NCBI GenBank assembly: GCA_039208735.1
Contig: JBCCQY010000114.1
Location: 1 to 29,117 of the forward strand
Direction of reading: 5' to 3'
Origin: Myxococcota bacterium
GTDB taxonomy: Bacteria > Myxococcota_A > UBA796 > GCA-2862545
DNA length: 29,117 nucleotides
The first letter of the stretch is position 1. Each line of letters starts with the position of its first letter. The translations under genes were made by a program, and so were the position numbers. The notes under the pieces were generated by a model. That model saw only the letters and a list, made by a program, of their open reading frames with translations. It was not told the origin of the DNA and ran no database searches. Of the stretch, positions 16,444 through 23,944 are shown piece after piece.

Positions 16444-16768
16444 TCGGGGTCTCCGTAGGACCCACCGCCCAGATGAAGGGGAAGAGGCAGAAGATTCCCC
16501 CAATGATGGGACCGATCTTCGCATCGTTGGGCACGCGGACCACCTGAGTCTCGTAGCCAGGGGCCGAAATCCACAGGTACAACGTCTCCCATGCGAGGTA
16601 GTTGCCCGTGTACGTGAAGTTCGGCAGTTTTCCGCCGGCCAACGTTACCGCGGGTTTCATCGTTGGGGTTGGCGGCTGCTTCGTGACATAGATCTCGGCG
16701 CCCTTCGGTGCACCATAGACCTGGATGGTACTGGTGCAGCCAAGGAGGAGGGCCCACAGGAACGGCAT
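16418..16768 (-). CDS. PEGA-like small lipoprotein with C-terminal hydrophobic segment
   Basis: MPFLWALLLGC; PKGAEIYV and ISAPGYE PEGA-type motifs; GGAG SD. Confidence 0.75.
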   Translation of the reverse strand: MPFLWALLLGCTSTIQVYGAPKGAEIYVTKQPPTPTMKPAVTLAGGKLPNFTYTGNYLAWETLYLWISAPGYETQVVRVPNDAKIGPIIGGIFCLFPFIWAVGPTETPINVELPRK

Positions 16769-17032
16769 GGTCGACTCCGGGTGTGCGCCGCGACCTTACC
16801 ACTGCCACTCACTCCAAGCCCACACGCTTCACCGGTGCAGCTCAGGTACGAATGCAGTGACTTGAGGCCATACGTTCATCGGCTTTGCTTGAGCGCAAGA
16901 TCCGGATGGGCCTATCGGAAGGAGTACGTGGCGGCAGGGGCCTCTTTCGTTGGGCGCCTGCCTACAAAATGCGCATCTGAAAACGCGACATATATTTCGT
17001 ATGTTATGGCGTGACTGGAGGACAAAGGCGGC

Positions 17033-17380
17033 ATGAGCAGGTGGTTCCTGGCATTGGCTATGGGTTGCAGCCCGATCGCTGGAGACTGGGAGGCTGAGTC
17101 GGCCTCATCGGAAGCAGGCAACAGCATCGCGATCGGAATCCTCGAGGTCGACCTCGACGGCGAGACGTTGCTCGAGATCGACGCTTCGGGTGACGGGCCG
17201 ACCGGGTCGTTGCGTGCGACGGGCTCGGCGGACCTGGGTGAGAGCACCCTGTCGCTGCTCGGCTCGCTCGATGGCACAACCGTGGACGTCCAGGGCCCGT
17301 GCACGCGAGATGGGCGTGAGCTCCTGTGCGACCTCGAGGTCGGCGAGGCCTCGTGGGAACTCGACTTCCGGCGAGACTGA
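17033..17380 (+). CDS. Small acidic beta-rich lipoprotein
   Basis: MSRWFLALAMGC; IAGDW lipocalin-like start; purine-rich upstream sequence. Confidence 0.7.
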   Translation: MSRWFLALAMGCSPIAGDWEAESASSEAGNSIAIGILEVDLDGETLLEIDASGDGPTGSLRATGSADLGESTLSLLGSLDGTTVDVQGPCTRDGRELLCDLEVGEASWELDFRRD

Positions 17381-17414
17381 CGGCTCGTTGCCGAGAAACC
17401 GCCGACGAGGAAGG

Positions 17415-17786
17415 ATGCGACCGCGCGCGTGGGTCACCACGGGCTTGAATCCCGACGTACCGGACGAAGCGTTCTGCGTGGTCGTGGTGGACCCACGACA
17501 CGAGGCGTCCTTCCACACGTTGGCATGGCTGGGAGGTCGTGCTCACGAGCGCGACAACGCCTTCTACGTCCTGACGTCGGACGCATGGCACGCGCGACGT
17601 GGGGGTGTGGTGCAGATCTGGAGCGTGGAGAGCCCCGCTCCGCTTCTCGTAGCCGACTTGCCCGGCGACGCAGAACCGTTCACGGTGCTTCTGTTGGTCT
17701 GGTCGGCGCTGGGTCGTGACGCGCTCGAGACAGCGCTCCGCGAGGGAACCGAGTGGCCGCTCGTGGTGGGGCCTCGCATTGGTTGA
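17415..17786 (+). CDS. Hypothetical Trp-rich protein, probably prematurely terminated (frame stays open to 18071)
   Basis: GAGGAAGG SD before ATG 17415; protein-like frame continues after TGA 17784-17786. Confidence 0.55.
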   Translation: MRPRAWVTTGLNPDVPDEAFCVVVVDPRHEASFHTLAWLGGRAHERDNAFYVLTSDAWHARRGGVVQIWSVESPAPLLVADLPGDAEPFTVLLLVWSALGRDALETALREGTEWPLVVGPRIG

Positions 17787-18009
17787 GAACACGGAGCGGA
17801 CAAGCACGCACCGCGCAACCGCGAGTGCAACTGGCGGTGGCACTGGCGAGGCACGAAGCTCTGGTGTCAGGTTCGCGTCCAACCTCGAGGAGTGTGGGCC
17901 CACGTCACCTACCACTGGCACTCCGAGCCGCTCACACGTGGGCGCGGCGTCAACATCCCGTTCCGCGTCGGCGTGGGCGGGTTCCTCACGACCTCGCGCT
18001 ACCCGTGGT

Positions 18010-18360
18010 GGGCGCGGCCTCGGTGGGGGTGTGCTTCTCGCGGGTGCCTGCCACGCGGAGCCGGGGCATGACGAGGCCGTAGTCGGGCACGAGCCGCGCT
18101 TAACGGCCCCAGCTCCACGCCTGTGAGTCCGCTTCAGCTCCTGCTTCACAGTCCCCGTCGACGCGCCCTGTCTCAACCGGGCGTCTCGGTAGGCGTTCAG
18201 ACTTGCAAGCGCAAGCCCCGAGATGATGGGGCTTGCGGCCGATGTGCTCGAGCACGTGGCGGACGTCGTTCTCGTAGATCTGCCGCGTGCGGGGGCGCAG
18301 ATCTTGGGCCTTGGCGACCTCTTGGTCGAGCCAGCCGAGCATGAGCGCGGCCACAGTCCC
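18010..18360 (-). pseudogene. Tyrosine recombinase/phage integrase remnant (core-binding, SAM-like domain)
   Basis: LRPRTRQIYENDVRHVLEHIG, frameshift, LNAYRDARLRQGASTGTVKQELK, frameshift, AWSWGR*ARLVPDYGLVMPRLRVAGTREKHTPT; catalytic domain absent; next to a tRNA 3' end. Confidence 0.7.
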
Positions 18361-18593
18361 GCGCGCTCCAAACGGTGGCCCGGCGACCGTCGGCCTGGCA
18401 GGTAGCCTGCCAGTAGACCTCTTCATCGCCCCGGTACCTTCACGGGGTAACAGCGATGTCACCGATTCGGAACCGCTCCCCATGTTCGCTCTCCCGTCTG
18501 GAGAGCGTATGGCGGATGACTCATGCGAGTACAGGCAGGCGGGTACAGGCCATCGATAGTGTAGTATGTACCCTGAATGTTCTAGGCAAAGAG

Positions 18594-18667
18594 CGCACCC
18601 AGGAGGAGTCGAACCCCCAACCTTCGGATCCGTAGTCCGACGCTCTATCCAATTGAGCTATGGGTGC
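18594..18667 (-). tRNA. tRNA-Arg(ACG)
   Basis: GCACCCA/TGGGTGC acceptor stem, anticodon arm TCGGA-CT ACG GA-TCCGA, GGTTCGACTCC T-arm; no encoded CCA. Confidence 0.97.
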
Positions 18668-18806
18668 TGTCTTTGTCTGACCCGCGTGCCGTAACCCTCA
18701 TGCATGAGTTGCGCACGCTCGATGTGCGACAAGTTCGGCAGACCACGGCGCGTCGGTAGCGGCCGGGAGAGCCGTTGGCTACGTGTACGACGACTTGGAG
18801 GGACAT

Positions 18807-19580
18807 ATGGGCCACATGCTGCTTGCCATCGCGGTCTTCGGTTGCTCCGGAGTCAGCTCGGATCCCGAGCCGGCTGCGGAGGGAACGCCGGAAGAGGCGG
18901 GTGCCGAGGCGGCCGAGGAGCCGACGAACGAACCGAAGGACGGCTTTGCGATCGCGACGACGTACCTGCGGAGTCATGCGACGACCGAACGCAAGATCGA
19001 CGATCCTGACAACCCGGGCAAGCGCATCAGCACCTACGTGGCCACGATCTACCGCGGCAACGACCTCACGGTGGTCGAGACGAAGGACGACTTCGTACGA
19101 GTGACCCTCCAAGATGGCAGCGGCAACGAAGGCTGGATCAAGGGGTCTCGGGTCACGACGGCCGATGGTGCCAAGCTCGCCACGGTCAAGGAAGAGGTCA
19201 AGACCTTCAGCCGCCCCGATCTGCTCTCCCTCAACACGACGATGAAGCTCGCCCCAGGTTCGGTCCTCGTGGTCACCCAGAGTCAAGGCAAGTTCGTCGA
19301 AGTCGACTACCCCAAGTCCCAGTGGTCCAGCGCCTCGACGTGGGTTCTCGCCGATACGGTCGTCGAAGGCGAGGATGACGTCGCTGCGGCTCAGCTGATC
19401 TCAAAGGTGCTCTACGTCCGCGAAGATAGCGCCGAAAAGGCAAAGCCGCTCGAAGAACTGGCCCGCGAGCAGTTCGCCGGCAACGCCCTGCTCAACCTGC
19501 TGGACCCGCCCGAACCCGAGCCTAGCGAAGAAGAGGAACCCGAAGCCGGCGGCGACAACCTCACTCCGCCCGCTCCTTAA
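18807..19580 (+). CDS. Lipoprotein with tandem SH3b-like domains
   Basis: GGAGGG SD; AVFGC lipobox; DFVRVTLQDGSGNEGWI and FVEVDY...TWV SH3-like motifs; acidic linkers. Confidence 0.8.
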   Translation: MGHMLLAIAVFGCSGVSSDPEPAAEGTPEEAGAEAAEEPTNEPKDGFAIATTYLRSHATTERKIDDPDNPGKRISTYVATIYRGNDLTVVETKDDFVRVTLQDGSGNEGWIKGSRVTTADGAKLATVKEEVKTFSRPDLLSLNTTMKLAPGSVLVVTQSQGKFVEVDYPKSQWSSASTWVLADTVVEGEDDVAAAQLISKVLYVREDSAEKAKPLEELAREQFAGNALLNLLDPPEPEPSEEEEPEAGGDNLTPPAP

Positions 19581-19616
19581 GGACTCCGCGGCCCGGTGGA
19601 TGAGCGAACGCTTCGC

Positions 19617-19652
19617 AAAACGAAAGAACCGTGGCGAAGATCGCCACGGTTC
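19617..19652 (-). terminator. Intrinsic terminator after the tRNA-Ser genes
   Basis: Perfect 12-bp stem GAACCGTGGCGA/TCGCCACGGTTC (19626-19652) followed on the minus strand by TTTCGTTTT. Confidence 0.8.
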
Positions 19653-19661
19653 CTAATGGAG

Positions 19662-19749
19662 CGGAGTCGGAGGGATTTGAACCCTCGGTAGGGGTTCGCC
19701 CTACACTTGATTAGCAATCAAGCACCTTCGGCCACTCGGTCACGACTCC
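19662..19749 (-). tRNA. tRNA-Ser(GCT)
   Basis: GGAGTCG/CGACTCC acceptor, CTTGA-TT GCT AA-TCAAG anticodon arm, long variable arm. Confidence 0.97.
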
Positions 19750-19760
19750 AAGAACGGGAA

Positions 19761-19845
19761 CGGAGGCGGAGGGATTCGAACCCTCGGACCTGTTAGGGTC
19801 GGCGGTTTTCAAGACCGCTGCCTTCAACCACTCGGCCACACCTCC
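19761..19845 (-). tRNA. tRNA-Ser(TGA)
   Basis: GGAGGTG/CGCCTCC acceptor, GCGGT-CT TGA AA-ACCGC anticodon arm, long variable arm. Confidence 0.97.
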
Positions 19846-19884
19846 AAAAATTCCGCAGAACGGGTCTCCGTAGGCGGCTCTATG

Positions 19885-19919
19885 GTCGATGGGAATCCTT
19901 ATGCAAGGGTCCCATCGAC
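19885..19919. other. Stem-loop directly after the serS stop codon
   Basis: GTCGATGGGA/TCCCATCGAC perfect 10 bp plus inner CCTT/AAGG. Confidence 0.55.
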
Positions 19920-19920
19920 G

Positions 19921-21240
19921 TCAAGAACCGCTCGTCGGCTCGATCACCTCCAACCCACCCAGGTAGGGCACAAGCACCTTGGGAATCCGCAACGAACCAT
20001 CGGCCTGCACATAGTTTTCGAGAATGGCGACGAGCGTTCGACCTACGGCGAGCCCCGATCCATTCAGCGTATGCGCAAACTTGGGCTTGGCCTTCTTCCC
20101 GTCGGTGACCGGCCGATACCGAAGACTCATGCGTCGAGCCTGAAAGTCGCCAAAGTGGCTGCACGACGAGATCTCACGGAAGCCCTGGCTGGGCAACCAC
20201 ACCTCAAGGTCGAAACACCGCGCGGCACCAAACGAAATGTCGCCAGCGCACAAATCCATGACCCGGTACGGAAGCTCAAGGGCCTGCAAGCCCGACTCGG
20301 CGTCGCTCACCAAGGTCTGATGGTCTTCGGCGGCGCGCTCTGGCGTGGTCACCCACACCAACTCGACCTTGTGGAACTGATGCACGCGAATGAGTCCCCG
20401 CACATCCCGCCCTGCGCTGCCCGCCTCGCTACGAAAGCACGGGGTAAACGCAGTGTATTTGTAAGGCAACGACTCGCCGGCAACGATCTCTTCGCGATGC
20501 AAGTTGGTGACCGGAACCTCGGCCGTCGGGATCAGGTACCCCTCCGACCCATTCAAAGGCTCCGCGAGCTTAAACATCTCGGCCCCGAACTTGGGCAACT
20601 GGCCCGTTCCGACCAGCGCCTGGTCCTGGACCAAGTAGGGCACCATGAGTTCGGTATACCCATGCTTCTCGGTGTGCAGGTCGAGGAAGAAGTTGACGAG
20701 GGCTCGCTCGAGCTTCGCCCCTGGCCCCTTGAGGACCCAAAACCGAGCGCCCGACAACTTGGCCGCTCGCTCGAGGTCGAGAATGCCGAGCCGCGTTCCG
20801 ATCTCCACGTGGCTTTCGCCGTCGGCTTGGTCAGGAACCGTTCCCCAACGCCGAACTTCGACGTTGTCTTCCTCGCCTTTGCCGTCGGGCACGGCGTCGT
20901 CCAAAAGGTTTGGGATGCCCAAGCACAGGGTTTCGCGCTCGGCTTCGATCGTACCGAGCTGGGCTTCGATCGCGGCAATGCGGTCGTTACCGGCTTGGAC
21001 CTCGGCCTTCTTGGCTTCCGCTTCATCGCCCTTGCCCGTCTTGAAGAGCTGGCCGATTTCCTTGGACAGCGCATTGCGTCTGGCACGCAGGTCGTCGCGT
21101 TCGGCGACGAGTCCACGCCGCTTATGGGTCGCCTCCACGATGCGATCAATGTCGGCGAGAACAGCGTCATCGGCTTGGCGACGGCGCAAGTGCGCTTTGA
21201 CGAGATCCGGGTCTTCCGCGATGCGGTTCGGGTCAATCAT
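19921..21240 (-). CDS. serS: Serine--tRNA ligase
   Basis: N-terminal coiled coil, IPNL, YLIPTAEVP, TPCFRSEAGSAGRD, HQFHKVEL, EISSCS, HTLNGSGLAVGR. Start ATG 21240 with GGAG SD. Confidence 0.98.
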   Translation of the reverse strand: MIDPNRIAEDPDLVKAHLRRRQADDAVLADIDRIVEATHKRRGLVAERDDLRARRNALSKEIGQLFKTGKGDEAEAKKAEVQAGNDRIAAIEAQLGTIEAERETLCLGIPNLLDDAVPDGKGEEDNVEVRRWGTVPDQADGESHVEIGTRLGILDLERAAKLSGARFWVLKGPGAKLERALVNFFLDLHTEKHGYTELMVPYLVQDQALVGTGQLPKFGAEMFKLAEPLNGSEGYLIPTAEVPVTNLHREEIVAGESLPYKYTAFTPCFRSEAGSAGRDVRGLIRVHQFHKVELVWVTTPERAAEDHQTLVSDAESGLQALELPYRVMDLCAGDISFGAARCFDLEVWLPSQGFREISSCSHFGDFQARRMSLRYRPVTDGKKAKPKFAHTLNGSGLAVGRTLVAILENYVQADGSLRIPKVLVPYLGGLEVIEPTSGS

Positions 21241-21419
21241 GGTTGGGCTCCGAAAGTCGAGAGGGCAGTCGAGGTGAACAAACAGCGGACTGTGCCTGCG
21301 GTTGATGAACCGCAGGCTACCGACTGGACCGACTCTCGTGGCTGGAGCGCAACATCTCATGGCTCCTGTGCTCAGTCCGAGGACTTCCCGCAAGCGAAAG
21401 TTGGTGGTAGGTAGGCGCC

Positions 21420-21788
21420 ATGAACGACGAATGGATCGCTGCGCTTGTCTACATGGGGATCTGCCTTGCCGTCCCCGTGAGCATGCTCTACGCTGCCCGC
21501 CTCGTCCGCGTGCGGTCGAAGGTGGATTCCCCGGCAAAGTACGACACCTACGAGTGCGGGGAAGAACCCGATGGGGTGGCCTGGGTACGCTTCCATCCCC
21601 GCTACTACGTGATTGCCCTGGTGTTCGTGCTCTTCGACGTCGAAGCCGCGTTCCTGTTTCCATGGGCGCTCACCCTACGCGACGCCGATCTGGGCTGGAT
21701 TGCCCTTATTGACATGACGATCTTCCTCGGCATTTTGGTACTGGGATGGGCCTACGCAGTCCGCAAGGGAGCGATCGAATGGCAGTGA
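21420..21788 (+). CDS. nuoA: NADH-quinone oxidoreductase subunit A
   Basis: YECG, FVLFDVE, KGAIEW motifs; 3 TM segments. Confidence 0.95.
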   Translation: MNDEWIAALVYMGICLAVPVSMLYAARLVRVRSKVDSPAKYDTYECGEEPDGVAWVRFHPRYYVIALVFVLFDVEAAFLFPWALTLRDADLGWIALIDMTIFLGILVLGWAYAVRKGAIEWQ

Positions 21789-22459
21789 ACGAAGGTGACC
21801 GCCCCTACGTCCACCCCATGTACGCGACGCTTGAGCGGGTGCCGGGCCTTTCGCTCGCCACCACCTCGGTCGACATGATGCTGACCTGGGGTGCCAAGCA
21901 CAGCCTGTGGATCTTCCCGATGGCGACGAGCTGCTGCGCCATCGAGTTCATGACTTCGGCCGCAAGCCGCGTCGACATCGACCAGATCGGTTCGGTGGTG
22001 CGTCCCTCACCTCGTCACACGGATGTGATGGTGGTGGCGGGCACCATCACGGTGAAGATGGTGCCGCGCGTGAAGCGCCTGTGGGACCAGATGCCCGAGC
22101 CCAAATGGTGCATCGCGATGGGGTCTTGCGCGATCAGTGGCGACTTCTACCGCGACATCTACTCAGTGGTTCCGGGCATCGATACCGTCGTTCCCGTCGA
22201 TGTCTACATCCCCGGGTGTCCGCCGAATGCTGACCAAGTGCTCGCGGGCCTCAATCGCCTGCGAGAGAAAGTCACGCTGAAGCGCCGGGGGCAACCCATC
22301 GAACGCGACTCTAGGCCAGAGACGCCGAAGATGGTCTATCCGGATATCCAACGGTGGAAAGACCGGGGTGGTGAGGATGCGACCAGCCAAGATCAGCTCG
22401 TCCGCTCACGGACGATCGGGCTTGGCGGAAACGCGTTTCGCGACAACGACGAGGACTGA
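21779..22459 (+). CDS. nuoB: NADH-quinone oxidoreductase subunit B
   Basis: SCCAIEF, SPRH, QMPEPKW, MGSCA, YIPGCPP (N2 cluster ligands). Confidence 0.95.
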   Translation: MAVNEGDRPYVHPMYATLERVPGLSLATTSVDMMLTWGAKHSLWIFPMATSCCAIEFMTSAASRVDIDQIGSVVRPSPRHTDVMVVAGTITVKMVPRVKRLWDQMPEPKWCIAMGSCAISGDFYRDIYSVVPGIDTVVPVDVYIPGCPPNADQVLAGLNRLREKVTLKRRGQPIERDSRPETPKMVYPDIQRWKDRGGEDATSQDQLVRSRTIGLGGNAFRDNDED

Positions 22460-22465
22460 CGAACC

Positions 22466-23347
22466 CTACGGCTTCAACGGCCAGGCGACCTTGGTTTGCC
22501 AGTCCGCGGGGTCGGGATGGTCCGCGGGATCGGTAAGGTACTCCTCCCACGGCGGGCCAGCGGGGGTCCGGTCATTCGCTTCACACCACCGCTCGATAGC
22601 GGCATGCGTCGCATCGAGCGTCTCGTAGGGGCCCATGTGCGTCGCGACGGCGATCGGGCCTCCGCCAAGGGTGCCCGCCTCGATGTTGTCCTCGGGAGGA
22701 GCGGGGTCGGCAAGCTGCATGCCGCATTCGACCGTCATGAGTCCCCGGCCGACCTGGACGTAGCGCACGAACGGAGGGCCTGCGAGTGCCAACCCATTGC
22801 GTTGGCAGTGCATGAAGACGCGAGGCAAACACTCTGCGAACGTGGTTGAGAGGTCGGCGGGGGCCACCCGGCGCCGGATGAAGAGCACAGGAACGGCGTT
22901 GTGCTCGTGTACTTGAACGTCGAGGGACATGGGGATCCTCCGTTGAAGGGGGCGAGTGGGGCCATGCAGGCCAATGCAGCGGCCGGCAGAGCGCATGCGC
23001 TCGGTCTGATCCCGAGTCCAACGCCCACGGGTTCGCCTTCGAAAGGCGCTGGGCGTGATGCCGAAGACCGTACGGAAGGCGCGGACGAACCCTTCGTGGC
23101 TCTGAAAGCCGACTCGGGTCGCAATGTCGTGAATGGGATCGTCGGTGGTCGCCAACGGCAAGAGCGCGGTTTCAAGACGGAGTCGGCGCTGGTAGCCCTT
23201 GGGGGTCTCGCCGACCATGGCGCGAAAGCCGCGGTGAAGGTGGTAGGGCGACCATCCGCCCAACTCGGCCACCGCCTCGAGCGACAACTCACGGTCCACT
23301 CGCGTCATGCGGTGGATCAGCTGCATGATGGCGGCAGAATCAAGCAT
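22466..23347 (-). CDS. AraC-family regulator with C-terminal GyrI-like ligand-binding domain
   Basis: SPYHLHRGF...GETP...RLRLE...VGFQSHEGFVRAF...TPSAFR; C-terminal HMGPYETL and PWEEYLTDP GyrI motifs. Confidence 0.92.
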   Translation of the reverse strand: MLDSAAIMQLIHRMTRVDRELSLEAVAELGGWSPYHLHRGFRAMVGETPKGYQRRLRLETALLPLATTDDPIHDIATRVGFQSHEGFVRAFRTVFGITPSAFRRRTRGRWTRDQTERMRSAGRCIGLHGPTRPLQRRIPMSLDVQVHEHNAVPVLFIRRRVAPADLSTTFAECLPRVFMHCQRNGLALAGPPFVRYVQVGRGLMTVECGMQLADPAPPEDNIEAGTLGGGPIAVATHMGPYETLDATHAAIERWCEANDRTPAGPPWEEYLTDPADHPDPADWQTKVAWPLKP

Positions 23348-23429
23348 TTTCGACTTCTAGCCGGCCCTGGCACGGGGAGCCTTGACCGTTCTTGCGGAAG
23401 GACGGCCAACGAATGGCGCCCCCGTCGGC

Positions 23430-23458
23430 TTGCCAAGCCGGCCCGACTGGCCCATTCT
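23430..23458 (+). promoter_or_regulatory. Candidate sigma70 promoter for nuoC, possibly leaderless
   Basis: TTGCCA-N17-CATTCT ending 8 nt before ATG 23467; no SD before nuoC. Confidence 0.45.
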
Positions 23459-23466
23459 GCGTCATC

Positions 23467-23940
23467 ATGACGCCACTCGATCCCCACGTTCGCGCCCGCC
23501 TCAAAGAGCTGCTCCCGGAGCTTCCGCTGCACGACGGGGGGCTTCCGCCGGAGGGGCCACTGGTTCCTCCACATCGGCATGTGCCACTCGCCACCATGCT
23601 CAAAGAGCTCGGCTACACGCTTTATGTGACGTGTGTGGCAACCCACTTTCCCGACCATCCAGAGGGAGAGTTGTTCGAAGTCGCGACCGTGCTAAGGCGG
23701 CCGCGACGCAACGGGGGCACCTTTACCTGGCGCGTCCGTCTCGAAATGGACGAGGCAATTCCTTCGCTCTATCCACTGTTTGCGGGAGCAGACTGGCAAG
23801 AGCGTGAACAGTACGATCTCGTAGGGGTGCAGTTTTCGGATCACCCCGATCTGCGGCGACTCATGATGCCCGAAGACTGGGAGGGGCACCCGCTGCAGAA
23901 AGACTACGCCATCGACACCCCCCATCCCCCGTGGAGATGA
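23467..23940 (+). CDS. nuoC: NADH-quinone oxidoreductase subunit C
   Basis: ADWQEREQYDLVGVQFSDHPDLRRLMMPEDWEGHPLQKDY. Confidence 0.93.
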   Translation: MTPLDPHVRARLKELLPELPLHDGGLPPEGPLVPPHRHVPLATMLKELGYTLYVTCVATHFPDHPEGELFEVATVLRRPRRNGGTFTWRVRLEMDEAIPSLYPLFAGADWQEREQYDLVGVQFSDHPDLRRLMMPEDWEGHPLQKDYAIDTPHPPWR

Positions 23941-23944
23941 CGTC

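Noticed and set aside
16769..16789. GGTCGACTCCGGGTGTGCGCC resembling the tRNA-Arg 3' end (possible att site)
   Set aside because: Inverted relative to the tRNA, gapped, and explained by the SD/start region of the PEGA-like gene.
17784..17830. Selenocysteine recoding of the in-frame TGA
   Set aside because: No convincing SECIS hairpin downstream and no redox-motif context.
21298..21313. GCGGT/ACCGC stem identical to the tRNA-Ser(TGA) anticodon stem, as anticodon mimicry
   Set aside because: Only 5 bp, the loop differs, and SerRS recognises the variable arm rather than the anticodon.
19882..21414. 510-aa plus-strand ORF, and similar long antisense ORFs at 1881-2849, 3411-4400, 6671-7963, 8647-9612
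   Set aside because: Antisense shadows of well-supported genes, expected in high-GC DNA; no motifs.
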